DNA of 64,000 nucleotides, taken from positions 6,005,902-6,069,901 of the forward strand of contig MU053652.1 in NCBI GenBank assembly GCA_013239625.1, read 5' to 3'. The DNA is from Lama guanicoe (lineage: Eukaryota). The notes below the pieces were generated by a model that saw only the letters and a program-made list of their open reading frames with translations, was not told where the DNA came from and did not search any database. Positions 51,350-62,878 of the stretch are shown here, one piece after another (positions within the stretch are counted from its first letter, which is position 1; every line of letters begins with the position of its first letter). Made by a program: the position numbers and the translations under genes.

Positions 51350-51970
51350 TTTTTAAAAACTGAGACATAATTCACATACTGCGAAATCCATCATTTTAAA
51401 CTATGCAATTTAGAGGTTTTTAGCTTGAGCACAAGGTTGTGTAACCATCATCACTATCACCAATTCCATAATATTTTCATCACTCCAAAAAGAAACTCCA
51501 TGCCTATCTGTAGCCTCACCCCATTCTGTCCCTCCTCCAGCCCCTTACAAACACGAAGCTACTTTCTGACTCTATGGGTTTGCCTGTTGTGAAGATTTCA
51601 TACAAATGGAATCATACAATATATGACTTTTTGTGACTGGCTTCTTTACTTAACATAATGATTTCAAGGTTCATGCCTATTGTAGCACCAGTCATTCTTC
51701 TTATAGCTGAGCACTGGATGAATATGTCACATTTCATTCATCCATTCATCATTCAGTGTCCATTTGGGTGGTTTCCACTTTGGCTACTATGAATAGTGCT
51801 GCTGTAAACACGTGTGTACAAGTTTTTGTGTGAACATGTTTTCAGTTCTCTTAGGTATGTACCTAGAGGTGGAATTGCTGGATCATACAGGAACTGTGTT
51901 CATCTTTTTGAGGAATCACCAGATCCTCTTCCATGGTGGCTACACCATTATACCAATCCCACCAGTTTTA
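51350..51970 (-). mobile_element. L1MB-type 3' end
   Basis: tgagacataattcacatac...aatggaatcatacaatat...gtacctagaggtggaattgctggatcata. Confidence 0.8.
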
Positions 51971-52601
51971 TCGTACCTTCACTTATAAGATTTATTTCTG
52001 GAGCAAATATGAACATTCATGTCTCACTGATATTTTTTATTGCTAGTTAAATGGAATATTGAACATATGCTTACCATAATAGTACATATTTTCTTTTCAG
52101 AATTTTCTGTTTATTTCCCAGCTGTGCTGCAATTCTAAATTTCTCTTATTATCTGCAAGAGCTCCTTGTACGTTAAGAATATTAATCCTTTGTTACATTT
52201 CAATAGACTGTTATTTTAATTTTTTTAATCAAATTTAAAATTTTATGTTGTTAAAATTATCGATTATTTCCTTAGTAGTATTTACTTGCTGTCATGCTTA
52301 AAAAGCCATCTGTCATTTCAAGATTGTAAAAATGTTTTTCTATAAATACATCTAGGGCTTGTGCAACAATAAAAATGTTTAATTTTTTAAATTTCTCTCT
52401 GAGGGCAGGCTTGGCCATATCTTCTAGTTTTGAAATATATAGGAGTCTGTTAAATAGTACTATATACTTTTAGTTTTAGTTCTCTTTGTCTCAAGAATTA
52501 ATTAACATGAGCACTTAATTGTTTTTTCTGAATCTTTAGGAGTTTTTGATGTTTGCCTTCCTTGGTCTTATTTTAACTCTTTAATCTTTTTAAAACTTTC
52601 A

Positions 52602-53624
52602 TTAAAATTTCAGTTTTCTCAACACCATTTGCTGAAGAGACTGTCTTTATTCCATTGTATATTCTTGCCTCCTTTGTCGAAGATTAGTTGACCAAAAGTT
52701 TGTGGGTTCATTTCTGGGCTCTCTATTCTGTTCCATTGGTCTATATGTCTGTTTTTGTACCAATACCATGCTGTCTTGATGACTGTAGCTCTATAGTATT
52801 GTCTGAAGTATGGGAGAGTTATTCCTCCAGCCTCTGTCTTTTCTCTTCAGTAATACTTTGGCAATTCTAGGTCTTTTGTGGTTCCATATAAATTTTATTT
52901 TGATTTGTTCTAGTTCTGTGAGATACGTCCTGGGTAATTTGATAGGGATTGCACTAAATCTGTAGATTACCTTGGGCAGTGTGACCATCTTAACAATATT
53001 GATTCTTCCAATCCAAGAGCATGGGATATCTTTCCATTTTTTTTAAAGTCTTCTTTAATTTCCTTCATCAATGGTTTATAGTTTTCTGTGTATAATTCTT
53101 TCACCTCCTTGGTTAGATTTATTCCCAGGTATTTTATTACTTTGGGTGCCATTTTAAAGGGGATTGTTTCTTTACTTTCTTTTCCTGTTGATTCATCATT
53201 AGTGTAAAGAAATGCAACTGATTTTTGAACATTAATCTTGTAACCTGCTATCTTGCTGAATTCTTCAATCAGCTCTAGTAGTTTGTGTGTGGACTTTTTA
53301 GGGTTTTCTATATATAGTAACATGTCATCAGCATATAGTGACACTTTTACCTCTTCTTTTCCAATTTGGATCCCTTTTATTTCTATTCTCTCTTTTGCCT
53401 GATTGCTGTGGCTAGGACTTCCAAGACTATGTTGAGTAGGAGTGGTGATAGTGGGCATCCTTGTCTTCTCCCAGATTTTAGTGGGAAGCTTTTGAGTTTT
53501 TCACCATTGAGTACTCTGCTGGCTGTAGGTTTGTCATATATAGCTTTTGTTGTTATGTTGAGATATGACACAACATTGTAAAATGATTATAAATCAATAA
53601 AAAATGTTTTAAAAATTCAGTTTT
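52602..53624 (+). mobile_element. Young L1 insertion with 5' inversion: inverted, frameshifted ORF2 RT segment (~52611-53565) plus a short sense 3' end (~53566-53608)
   Basis: Minus-strand ORFs contain RT motifs [12 protein letters not shown] and SLYADDM. TSD ttaaaa(t/a)ttcagtttt at 52602-52617 and 53609-53624. Confidence 0.9.
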
Positions 53625-55129
53625 GTTGAATAGTGGTCAGAGAATATGAATTAAGAGTTCTACTTTATGATAATTATTCATATTTTATTCAGGCATAAAT
53701 AATTTTTATAAATATTTCACATATATTTGAAATAAAATATATTATTTAATAGTTATTATTTTCATCTGTTTAATAGGTCAGCTTCTGAAAGGGATATATG
53801 AAACTATACTTTCATTTTTTAATTTATGAGTTTTTTACATATATATATATTTCACTGTTTCTTTTACTTATACACCAAATCATTATGTATGCAGTATAGA
53901 CTAGAAACACCTCAAATCACCATGGTAACATAGACAATTCACATTTATCACAGTGGCCTAATAGACATTGACAGTTTGTTTAATTACAGAAAATTAGGTC
54001 CATTATAAATAAATAAATATGATTTGGTATCCTTTTTTAATTCAATATATAAATTATTGTCAGAAATGAGTAGACCTCTCCTAGCTTGATATTTTATCCA
54101 TTTCTTTAGACACTTTGAAATCTGTTCCTACAGAATTATCTGTATTTGATTGGCTTATAGTAATTCTGCAAATATGAACCATAATATTCATTCTGAAATA
54201 CATTGAAAGACTGTATGTTAAAAGTGGCTTAAACACATAATGTGATTCTAATCCCAGACAGTTATACTGTATAAACTGGGAATTCTGACAGAAGCTTGAC
54301 TAATATTAAATCTAAAAATATATAGAAAAGCCGCTTTAGAGAAACGGGTGAAGACGATTCTGTGTATGACCGATTTTGTTTAGGTTCATAGCCCTACAGG
54401 GAGGATCTGTATTCTCCAAGGGGATAATAGTAAAGCTAAGTGTAGCATTCAGTTAATTCACAGAATTACACAACTGTTAAAGCACTGTCTTTCCATGTAC
54501 CCTTCCTTTTAAAATACTTTTTAATGTAGATCTCTCTCTTTTCTTTCATTCTTTTATTCATTATTTCTACCTTTCCTTCATTCTGCTCTTATTCCTTCTC
54601 TTCCTCCCTCTCTCCTTTCTCTCTGTCTCTCTTTTTCTCTTTTCTTTTGGTTTCTTGGCCCATGACATATGTTCATCATTGTCCTATGCAAGGTTCACTG
54701 TCATTTATTTAGTTAGTTATTCAGTTATTTGGTTATTTCAAAGAATGTAATAAACATCTATGAAAATACTCCCCTGCCCCCCAAAGCTAGGCTTTGACAA
54801 AAATCTATATCCAAACATACATTCTTATCACCAACCCACCCCTCATCCCTCCTAAAGAGCCAGTGTTCCTACCTCTTAAAATAGATATCTTATATATGTA
54901 TTCCCCCCCAAAAAAAGCATGAAAATATTAAAACTTTTAATCACTTCTACCTTTGTAAAACGTATTTTTGGTACCTTCTTTTTTCACTTAGTGTTACATT
55001 GTTAAATTCATTCATATTTATGGCTGTCTCTGCAGTTCATTCATTTTGACTGCAGTGTAATATTCCACTGTATGAATATTCCATATACCACAGTTGATTT
55101 TTTTCACTCTCTTAATGGTATCTGGGGTG

Positions 55130-56800
55130 ATTTTAGGTGAATTCTATAATAATTTTCAAGGACGATATTATTGCAATTTTATATAAACTCTTGCAGAGAG
55201 GAAAAAAAGGGAATATTTTCCAACTTACTCTATGTGGCCAGTATAACCCTGAAACCAAAACAAAAAAAGGACACTATAAGAAAGAAAAATTATGAGTCTA
55301 TCTTATTTATGAGTATGAATATAAAGATTCTCAATCAAATATTAGCTGATTGAATCCAACAGTGCAAAAAATTATTGAAATCATGTTGAATCCATCCCAA
55401 GCTTCCATGGAACTGAAAATGTGTAAATACAATTCATTACAATAACAGATTAAAAAAGGGAAAAAGATTGTCTCAAAAGATGCATAAAATGCATTGCTAA
55501 TATTAAACATGTATACATGATAAAAATTCATACAATGAAAGGGACTTTCTTAAACTGATAAGGAACACCTATAAAATGCCTGGATCAAACATAATCCTAA
55601 ATGAGGAATGTGAGAAATATTCTTTTAAGGTTAGAAGAAGAATACGGATATCCACTCTTGCCACTTCATGCCCAAATTGCATTGAAGGTTCTAGATAGTG
55701 GAATTTTAAAAAGGAGAAGGAAAAAGTTTGGAGGCATATGAATTGTTAAGGAGAAAATGAAATTATAATTGTTTGCAGATAAAACAATCCTTTACACAGA
55801 ATTTTTTTTAAAAATCACAGAAATAAATCTTTAAGCATAATAAGAGGGTTTTTGCAAGGGTTTTTTGGCCTCAAAACTGCTGACATTTTGAACTAGATAA
55901 CTGTTTATTGGAGGTGGCTGTTCTGTGCATTGTAGGGTGTGTAGTAGCACGCCTGGCCAATTCCACTAGTCACTGGTAAGTTGCACTCCCCCAACTGCAT
56001 CAACCAAAAATACCTCCAGACATGGCCAACTATCCCCTGGGGGACAGAATCACTTCCAGTTGAGAACTCTTGAGCCAGACAAAACACTAATTCAGGAAAA
56101 AACAAAAGTCAGCTGCATTTTATATACTAGCAGCAAAACAGTAGATAGTATAGTTTAGGACACCATTTACAATAGCACCAGAGAAGGTTAATTACCTAGG
56201 AGGAAGTCTACAGAAAATGGCTAAGTGCTGTGAAAGGAATATTATAAGGCCACACTAGATCTTCCAAGACAAGATCTGCACTGAGAAACTACTCATGCTC
56301 GTGGTTAGGAAGATGTTACAGAGATACCAGATCTTCCCCAAGGGATTTATAGATGTCGTATATTTTTCAATCATAATCTAAAAAGGATTGTTCAGGGAAC
56401 TTAAAAAGTTGGTTCTAAATTGTATATAGAAGAGTTTAAAGCAAAGAGAAGTCAGAACACATATGGGAAAGAAGAGTAAAGAATGGGGACTTGCCATACC
56501 GGTCAGCCTTATTATGAATCTTTTGTGATTTACATAGTATGATGTTGGGTCAAAGGCAAACAAATGAATTAATGGAATAGGAGAGAAAAGCCATAAAAAG
56601 TCCCATTTCTCTCCATAACTTAGTATAAAAGGAAAGTATCTGTGTAGTCAGTTGGAAACAGGGAGCAGTGCTAAAAAAAAACGATTATCAACATAGTAAA
56701 AAAAAAAAAGTCAAATTGTTATCCTGAGCTCACACCATAACTCAACTATTGGTAGGTTAAAAATGAAAATGTCAAAAGCAAAATTTTAAAGCTCCTAGTA
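55130..56800 (+). mobile_element. Old L1M ORF2 remnant, interrupted by MER20
   Basis: ORF text ..LYVASITLKPKQKKDT.RKKNY..I..M.MNIKILNQILA is L1 ORF2. Later gtttgcagat... is a decayed FADD region. Confidence 0.8.
55865..56072 (-). mobile_element. MER20-like hAT-Charlie DNA transposon
   Basis: ctgacattttgaactagataa...ctccagacatggccaa..cccctggggg..gaatcac...gttgagaac. Confidence 0.8.
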
Positions 56801-58065
56801 AGCTTTCATTATACAAATGTATACACTGGACGATTTTAAATCCAGATGGCGAAAGCATCTTTTTTTTTCAGCAACACTTCAGACTAGATAGTCGGAGACC
56901 TCCACCTAGTACACAGCATATTTGAAAAGGCAAGAATATATGTACACACACACTCACATATAGACACTTCTTCTTCATAGATATCCTCATCACTGTGAGA
57001 AACACAATGATTAATTAAAACTTATAAAATGAAAGTCATGCCTACCAATAAGTATATATAAAGTATCAAATACTCACCCCCCTGAAAAGAAATAATGAAG
57101 TTCTTAACTTACTCTAGATAAAGAGAGGTTTTCTGTCAGGGAGTGAAAATATACTGAAATCAGAGCTTTGCAACATACTTTGGTTTGTTCCCAATTTCTT
57201 CTTAAAATGTATTACTTAATCTTGCCTAATTCTTACCTATTCTTTTCCATGTCTTTCCTTTAACCAGACATTTGATATTTTAATAGTCTCTCCAGTCCCT
57301 TTTCTTACCCGAGATTTTATTTAAATCTCCTAGTTCATCTATTTCCCTGTAATGTGTATCACTAAATAGTGGATCTTGTCTTATTTTAAACGTTCAGTCA
57401 GCTTGTTTGAGTACCATCAATGAGATTATGGGTTGTGTTTCTACCTCTCAAATAGCGTTGTTCATGAATGATAATGGCACTTCTCATTCTTAAAGCACCT
57501 TGAATGAAAGGATCAGAAAGACATTTCCACAAGAAAAGGTACTGTTGTCAGTTCAGTTTCGTGATGGAAAAATCAAGAAGGAGGGTTGGCTGAGAGGATT
57601 GGAAATGACATTCTATTACGTTCCTTGTCCTATTTATTTCATACACCAAAATAATCAGTTAAAGAAAACTGTTTTCAACCCCAAATTCATAAAATAAGTC
57701 TATGCTTTTAAAACTTTTATATTTAGGGTTTTTTTCCCCCCCATGAAAACATCCTATTGAGTGAGTATTTTAGCCGAGGCAAATGAGCACAAAGACTTAA
57801 TTGAGAAATTTGGAATATGATCTCACATTCTGGATTCCACCTTTTATTACATGTACCCACCCTGCAGTAATAAGTATTCACACTAAAGAAAAATCTGGAA
57901 ACAGTGGTTGATCGATGCCAATGTGTCTGATAGTTACAAAACTCCATATTATTCTTAAAGCTTTATACTGTGATATGAAGTGAAGCATTCATTTCCACAT
58001 TTAACTCAGTTTTAGTTGTTTATTTAATAACCATTCATTGATAAGCTACTTTTCTAGGTATGGAT

Positions 58066-58503
58066 CTGTTACGATTACCAGCTGTAAGAAGCAGCCTCAC
58101 AAACGATGATGGCTCAGAAGGGGACAGAGGTTTGTTTTTCACTCAGGCAATGGTGCCAGACGGATGGCTGGATGAACAGGTCACTAGCAGGGACCAACTC
58201 TAAGCTCTCCCGAGCTCCGCAGGCTGATACAAGCGCTGTGCCTTCAACCCGTAGCTTCCCTGGGTGCCCAGCATGTCACTTCCATGCCAACCAGTCAAAG
58301 GGGGAAAGATCACAGAAGACCACCTAGGAGTCCTTCCATGAGACGGACCCAGCGGTGGTCCCATCACTTCTGGTCATGTTCCATTGACTGGAGCTAATCA
58401 TTTGGCCACACATAACTACAGGCAAGACAGGGCCTGTAAGCCAGCTATGTGCCCAGGAATAGGAGAGTGTGGATTTGGATGCTCAGCCAATGGTCTGCTA
58501 CGC
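58066..58503. mobile_element. MLT1-like MaLR LTR inserted into an L2
   Basis: cccatcacttctggtcatgttccattgactggagctaatcatttggccaca is typical of MLT1, and L2-like sequence lies on both sides. Confidence 0.6.
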
Positions 58504-59175
58504 AGAGAGTGGTGAACACAATGCAAAAATATTCCACAGTCACAGGCTTATAATCTAATAATATATAGCGACCAGTTAGATAAACCACAACTTCAGTTAC
58601 CTGTAAGTGCTATGAAGGAAATAACTAATGTGTGTCGGAGTGAGCGATAGGGAGAGGAAACAGGTTAACTGGGATACGGTGATCCGACAGGGCCTGTCTC
58701 TGTGATATCTGAGCTGGGATATGAATGATGAGAAGGACCCAGGCATGCAAAGATCCAAGTGGGAAGAACACTGGAAGATGAGAGAGCAAGACACCGAGGT
58801 CCTGATACAGAGCAAACTCCATGTGCTTAAGGAACAGACAGAAGCCCAGGGTAGATGAGGTCTAGAAATGCGTGATTGGAGAAATAACAAGACCATATGG
58901 GCCATGACAAACATTTTGTGTTTTATTTTAAGTGAAACGGGAAGCCACTGCCTGATTTTCAGTAGAGGAGCTGTATGATTTGACTTGAGTTTCATAGTAG
59001 CACTCTGGCCGCAGGGCGGAGGGTGGATTGTTGCTGCTCACCGTGAATACAGGGCACTGGCTACGTGTTCAGGGAGAGCTTGGGCCAGCACAGAGAAGAG
59101 TAAGTGGAGAGAACAGAAAAATTTTGAATAACATTTTGGAGACAGGACCCGTTAACGGCTTTGATGTTGAGGCGT
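58504..59175 (-). mobile_element. L2 element
   Basis: aagtgctatgaaggaaa...gatatctgagctg...gggaagccactg...tgatttgacttgagttt. Confidence 0.7.
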
Positions 59176-59427
59176 TTTTTATTAGTTTGTTTTTTACCAG
59201 TGGAACAGTTTGAATTTTATTTTAGGGTCTTACCTCCAGTTCTGGCATCCACTGAGCCATGGGTCAGACTTGGATGGATCCACACCTCTTTAGGGGAGAA
59301 ACTAGCGAAGGGGGTTCAGTCCAGTTGAGGGTGAAGCGGAGGCCAGATCAGAAAGGCTCAGCAAGGGACGTCTTCCCCCAGTACATGGAGGGTAAGAGCA
59401 ATGACTGCTGAAATGATCAGTCTTTTA

Positions 59428-59860
59428 GACCTGCACTGTTTAATCTGGCTGGCTACTGAGAACTTGAAATATGGGTAGTCTGAATTGCAATGATCTGTAA
59501 GTTTAAAGTATACACAGGATTTTGAAGACTAGGTTTATAAAAAGGTGTAAAATATTCCATTAATCTTTTTTATATTGGTTGCATTTTGCATATACTGGGT
59601 TACACACAATGTGTTACTGAAAATAATTTTATCTTTTTTCTTTTACTTCTTTAAACTTCTTTAAAGAACAACTTTGTATTTACAGAAAAACTGAGCAGAT
59701 AGTATAGACAGTTCTATATTTCACACCTACACACACACAGTTTCTTGAATTATCAACATTTTCTATTAGTAGTACATTTGTTACAATTAACGAATCAATA
59801 TTGATACATTATTATTAGCAAAATTCCATAGTTTACATTCACTCTTTGTGTTTCAGTTAT
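59428..59860. mobile_element. MER33/MER3-like hAT fragment followed by an L1MC 3'-end fragment (-)
   Basis: ggctactgagaacttgaaatatgggtagt...aagtatacacaggattttgaagac, then ttacagaaaaactgagcagatagtataga...atattgatacattattatta. Confidence 0.65.
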
Positions 59861-60009
59861 ATGTGGGGTTTTAACTTAGGGTTTGACTTGATTGAATGGA
59901 GGGACAGTCCTCAGCTTCTTACTAACAGGGAAAGACTGAAGAACATGTTTAGAAATGAAAAAGAATTACATGTCATGATTGCTGTAAAACAATAAAAGAA
60001 ATAATAGTT

Positions 60010-60250
60010 CATACTTAGATAATGCTTACTATTCACTGACTATTTCCTGTATATTGAATCATTGAATCCTCACATGTCCCTCTAAGGTGGGAATTACATT
60101 TAGCCCATTTTAAAAATGAGCCAAGTGAGGTAGAAGGAAATCAAGTAACTCATCTGAGATCATACATCTAATAAGTGACAGAGCTGGGGTTTGAATCCAA
60201 CAATCTGGCTCCAAAACCCACATTTCTAACCACTCTGGCATGTTGCCTCT
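60010..60250 (-). mobile_element. MIR
   Basis: tgaatcctcaca...cccattttaaaaatgag...gacagagctggggtttgaatcca. Confidence 0.7.
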
Positions 60251-62741
60251 TAGTGCAATGCCAGATGTAGCATAACTTTCTAATAATAATGATTTTGAAG
60301 TATTTAAGTTAGACAGTTATTTTTGTGATCAGACAGCTCTCATTCATTTGTTTTCCTGTAGATTTTCCTGAGTTGGCAGAAAAAGATACAGAAACAGCAG
60401 GCACACTAGGAATTACATATTACGCAGAGAACATTCATGAAAACGTGTTACAGAAGTGGAAGTCTTCTAGCATGGGTACCATTATGCTAAAACAAAGACG
60501 AGGACTGTTGTTGCAGGAGATAAGGAGTCATTCAGTGAGGGATATGGCAACACTGGGGCATTTACTTAGAGAAAAGGGAATATTCCTTTATTCATGGAGC
60601 GTATGACATCAGAATTTTTGAAGTGGTATAAAAATGTCAGGTATATAAATGTCAGGATGATGTTAATGTAAATTCATAATTGATAAGCATTTTTTCCACC
60701 TAGTAATGTCCTACCCATTTGAATTTCCATAATCTTTGGTCTAGATACCCCTTAAAGAATTTTCAGCATCTCGTCTGTTACTGTGCACTGATGTGTACTG
60801 GAGATACGTATGGGGTGAATCGTCATCACCATTGTCCCCAGTTACTCCACGCACTGTGCTTGACAAATATTTGCACTTGACAAATATTTGTTTATTTAAT
60901 GTTTCCAACAACTCTGTGAGAAAAGTGTCAGTGTTGCTTCCGTTTTACAGATGAGGAATCTGAGGAATTGAAGGCTAACCTGGCCAGTCGCTAGGAGTTA
61001 GAAAAGGCTTTGATAATGACACATGGGTCTCCACTTGAGTATCAAAGGAGTAGTTAAGATAATGGCTGATTGGAGAGCTCCTATTTTATTCCCAAGTTTC
61101 TCATTTCTTTCTTGATTTATATATAAAATCAAGCAATTTCTATATAAAGTCATTTCCCTATGAACTATAATAAGAATGCATATAGCTCTTTCAGTACTTC
61201 AAAATATGTTCATTTTCATTGTTAAGTCCTTCTGTGACAAGAGAAGAAAAAAGGAACATGCTCAAGTTGTGAAAATAAATGCAGAAGTGAAGTGAGCCTG
61301 GACGTGCAACTCTTGACTCCTAGAACAGTGCTCTTTCCTCCATGCTGTGCCATCTCTTGTGGCCTTAATTTCTGCAGATACCAGGTATCTCATCAAAGAC
61401 TCTCTACTGTGTTCAACTTTTAGATTCCAGAGAACAGAGGATATTAGACATGTCTCCATGAAATACTAAGAAAGTGCCTTAATTGCTGCTGTGTGATTCT
61501 GATTCTATTTATTTGCAAGTTATTGCCTTAAGTCGCCCATTTTGTTTGATAAATGTTTTCAAATTCGGCCATGATTGGTTTAAAAACTCCACGAGTAGAA
61601 TAAGAAACACATTATAAGATGGAAATACATGGGGTTGGCATCTATAACTATTAGTAGCATATATTTTTGGAGAATACAATTTGGAAAAGAGATAGCAAGA
61701 AGGGGACACTGTCTAGTAAAGCACAGAAATGAAATCTGGTATACTGTGAGAACTTGGGGAAGGGGACCTGCAGAGAAAAGACAGGCACAAAGAAAAGGGA
61801 ATGGTGTCAGGTGAATTTGTCAAGATAGCAGAGAGTAGAGCAAGACGATGAAGGAGGTGGGGTGAGGCAGCATCTAAAGCCTGTTAGAGAAAAGGAGGTT
61901 CTACACAGATAGTGAGACTAGATGGAGCACGAAAACATCCAGGGTGAGATCCATTTCTACTCTGAAAACCTGTGATTATGTAAAAGTTAGTAAGAGGGAA
62001 AGTAAAAGTGAGCAGAAGCTATGAAGTGAAAAAGATGGAAGCTTTCGAGAGAAATGGGAGTTTAGAAAAGACGATGTTTCTTGCCTCCAGTTCCCTGCCA
62101 CCATCGCACTTGTCACGGTTAACTGGGGGGACTTTGTGATCTGAGCAGAGTCAGAAATTCCCAGCGATCACTGCCTCGCCCCCTGAGAAGTTCCCAACAG
62201 TAGCCTGCGTCGTTGATAGACTCTCAGGCAGAGGCAGCAAAAGGAGAGGCTTAGAAGAGAAATTGAGTAGGGCGACTGCTCCAGAGTGGAGTTCAAGTCG
62301 GAGCAAAGTGAAACTCTTGGGAACCTGGCTAGGACGCTCTCCTGCCCGTTTTGAGTTGCTGTTCGTAGTTCATGTTGTACACTCGCTGTTCTGCTTCAAG
62401 ACGTTTACACCCTTCTCTATTAACTGTCATTCTCTGTAGCCAGTGTTGGATACCCAGCCTATCAGCTTTTATTTATGTAACCATTCTGTTACATAATTTG
62501 GATACTCATCATTTACTTTCTAATGTGCGTAACGAAGCACATCTTCTTCCTACAGGTACGTCTGGGCTTCTTTTCTTGTCAGAGACATTATGCTATCAAG
62601 AATGACCTTGTATGGATGACAATCTTCATATCTCTTACTATGCACAGTATATTTTTATCTGCCATTGTTTCTTAGTGAAAAATAAGCCCAGTGGCCTATC
62701 TTGCCGAAACGTTATTAACATTGTTTTCTAAACATTTATAG

Positions 62742-62878
62742 GTAGTGCTGGGACACCCGTCACTTTTAATGAAAATGGAGATGCTCCTGGACGTTACGAT
62801 ATCTTCCAGTATCAAATAACCAACAAAAGTACAGAATATAGAATCATTGGGCACTGGACCAATCAGCTTCATCTAAAA
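62742..62878 (+). CDS. GRM8: Internal coding exon of metabotropic glutamate receptor 8 (end of the Venus-flytrap domain), 137 bp, phase 1 to phase 0
   Basis: After the acceptor ...catttatAG (62740-62741) it translates as (G)[45 protein letters not shown]. This is the group III mGluR motif region, and [19 protein letters not shown] matches mGluR8 as I recall it. The donor is GCAAGT at 62879. Confidence 0.96.

Larger units (their letters stand above)
1..62741 (+). other. GRM8: 3' part of a very large GRM8 intron upstream of the exon
   Basis: No other mGluR-like coding segment found. Repeat-rich sequence ending in a phase-1 acceptor. GRM8 is known to have very long introns. Confidence 0.85.

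Noticed and set aside
60859..60890. Tandem cttgacaaatatttg duplication
   Set aside because: Simple slippage duplication within a MIR-like region.
1..62741. The short out-of-frame alternative exon reported for human mGluR8c, which I recall lies in this intron
   Set aside because: I could not find a matching sequence by eye. It may lie upstream of the window or not be conserved.
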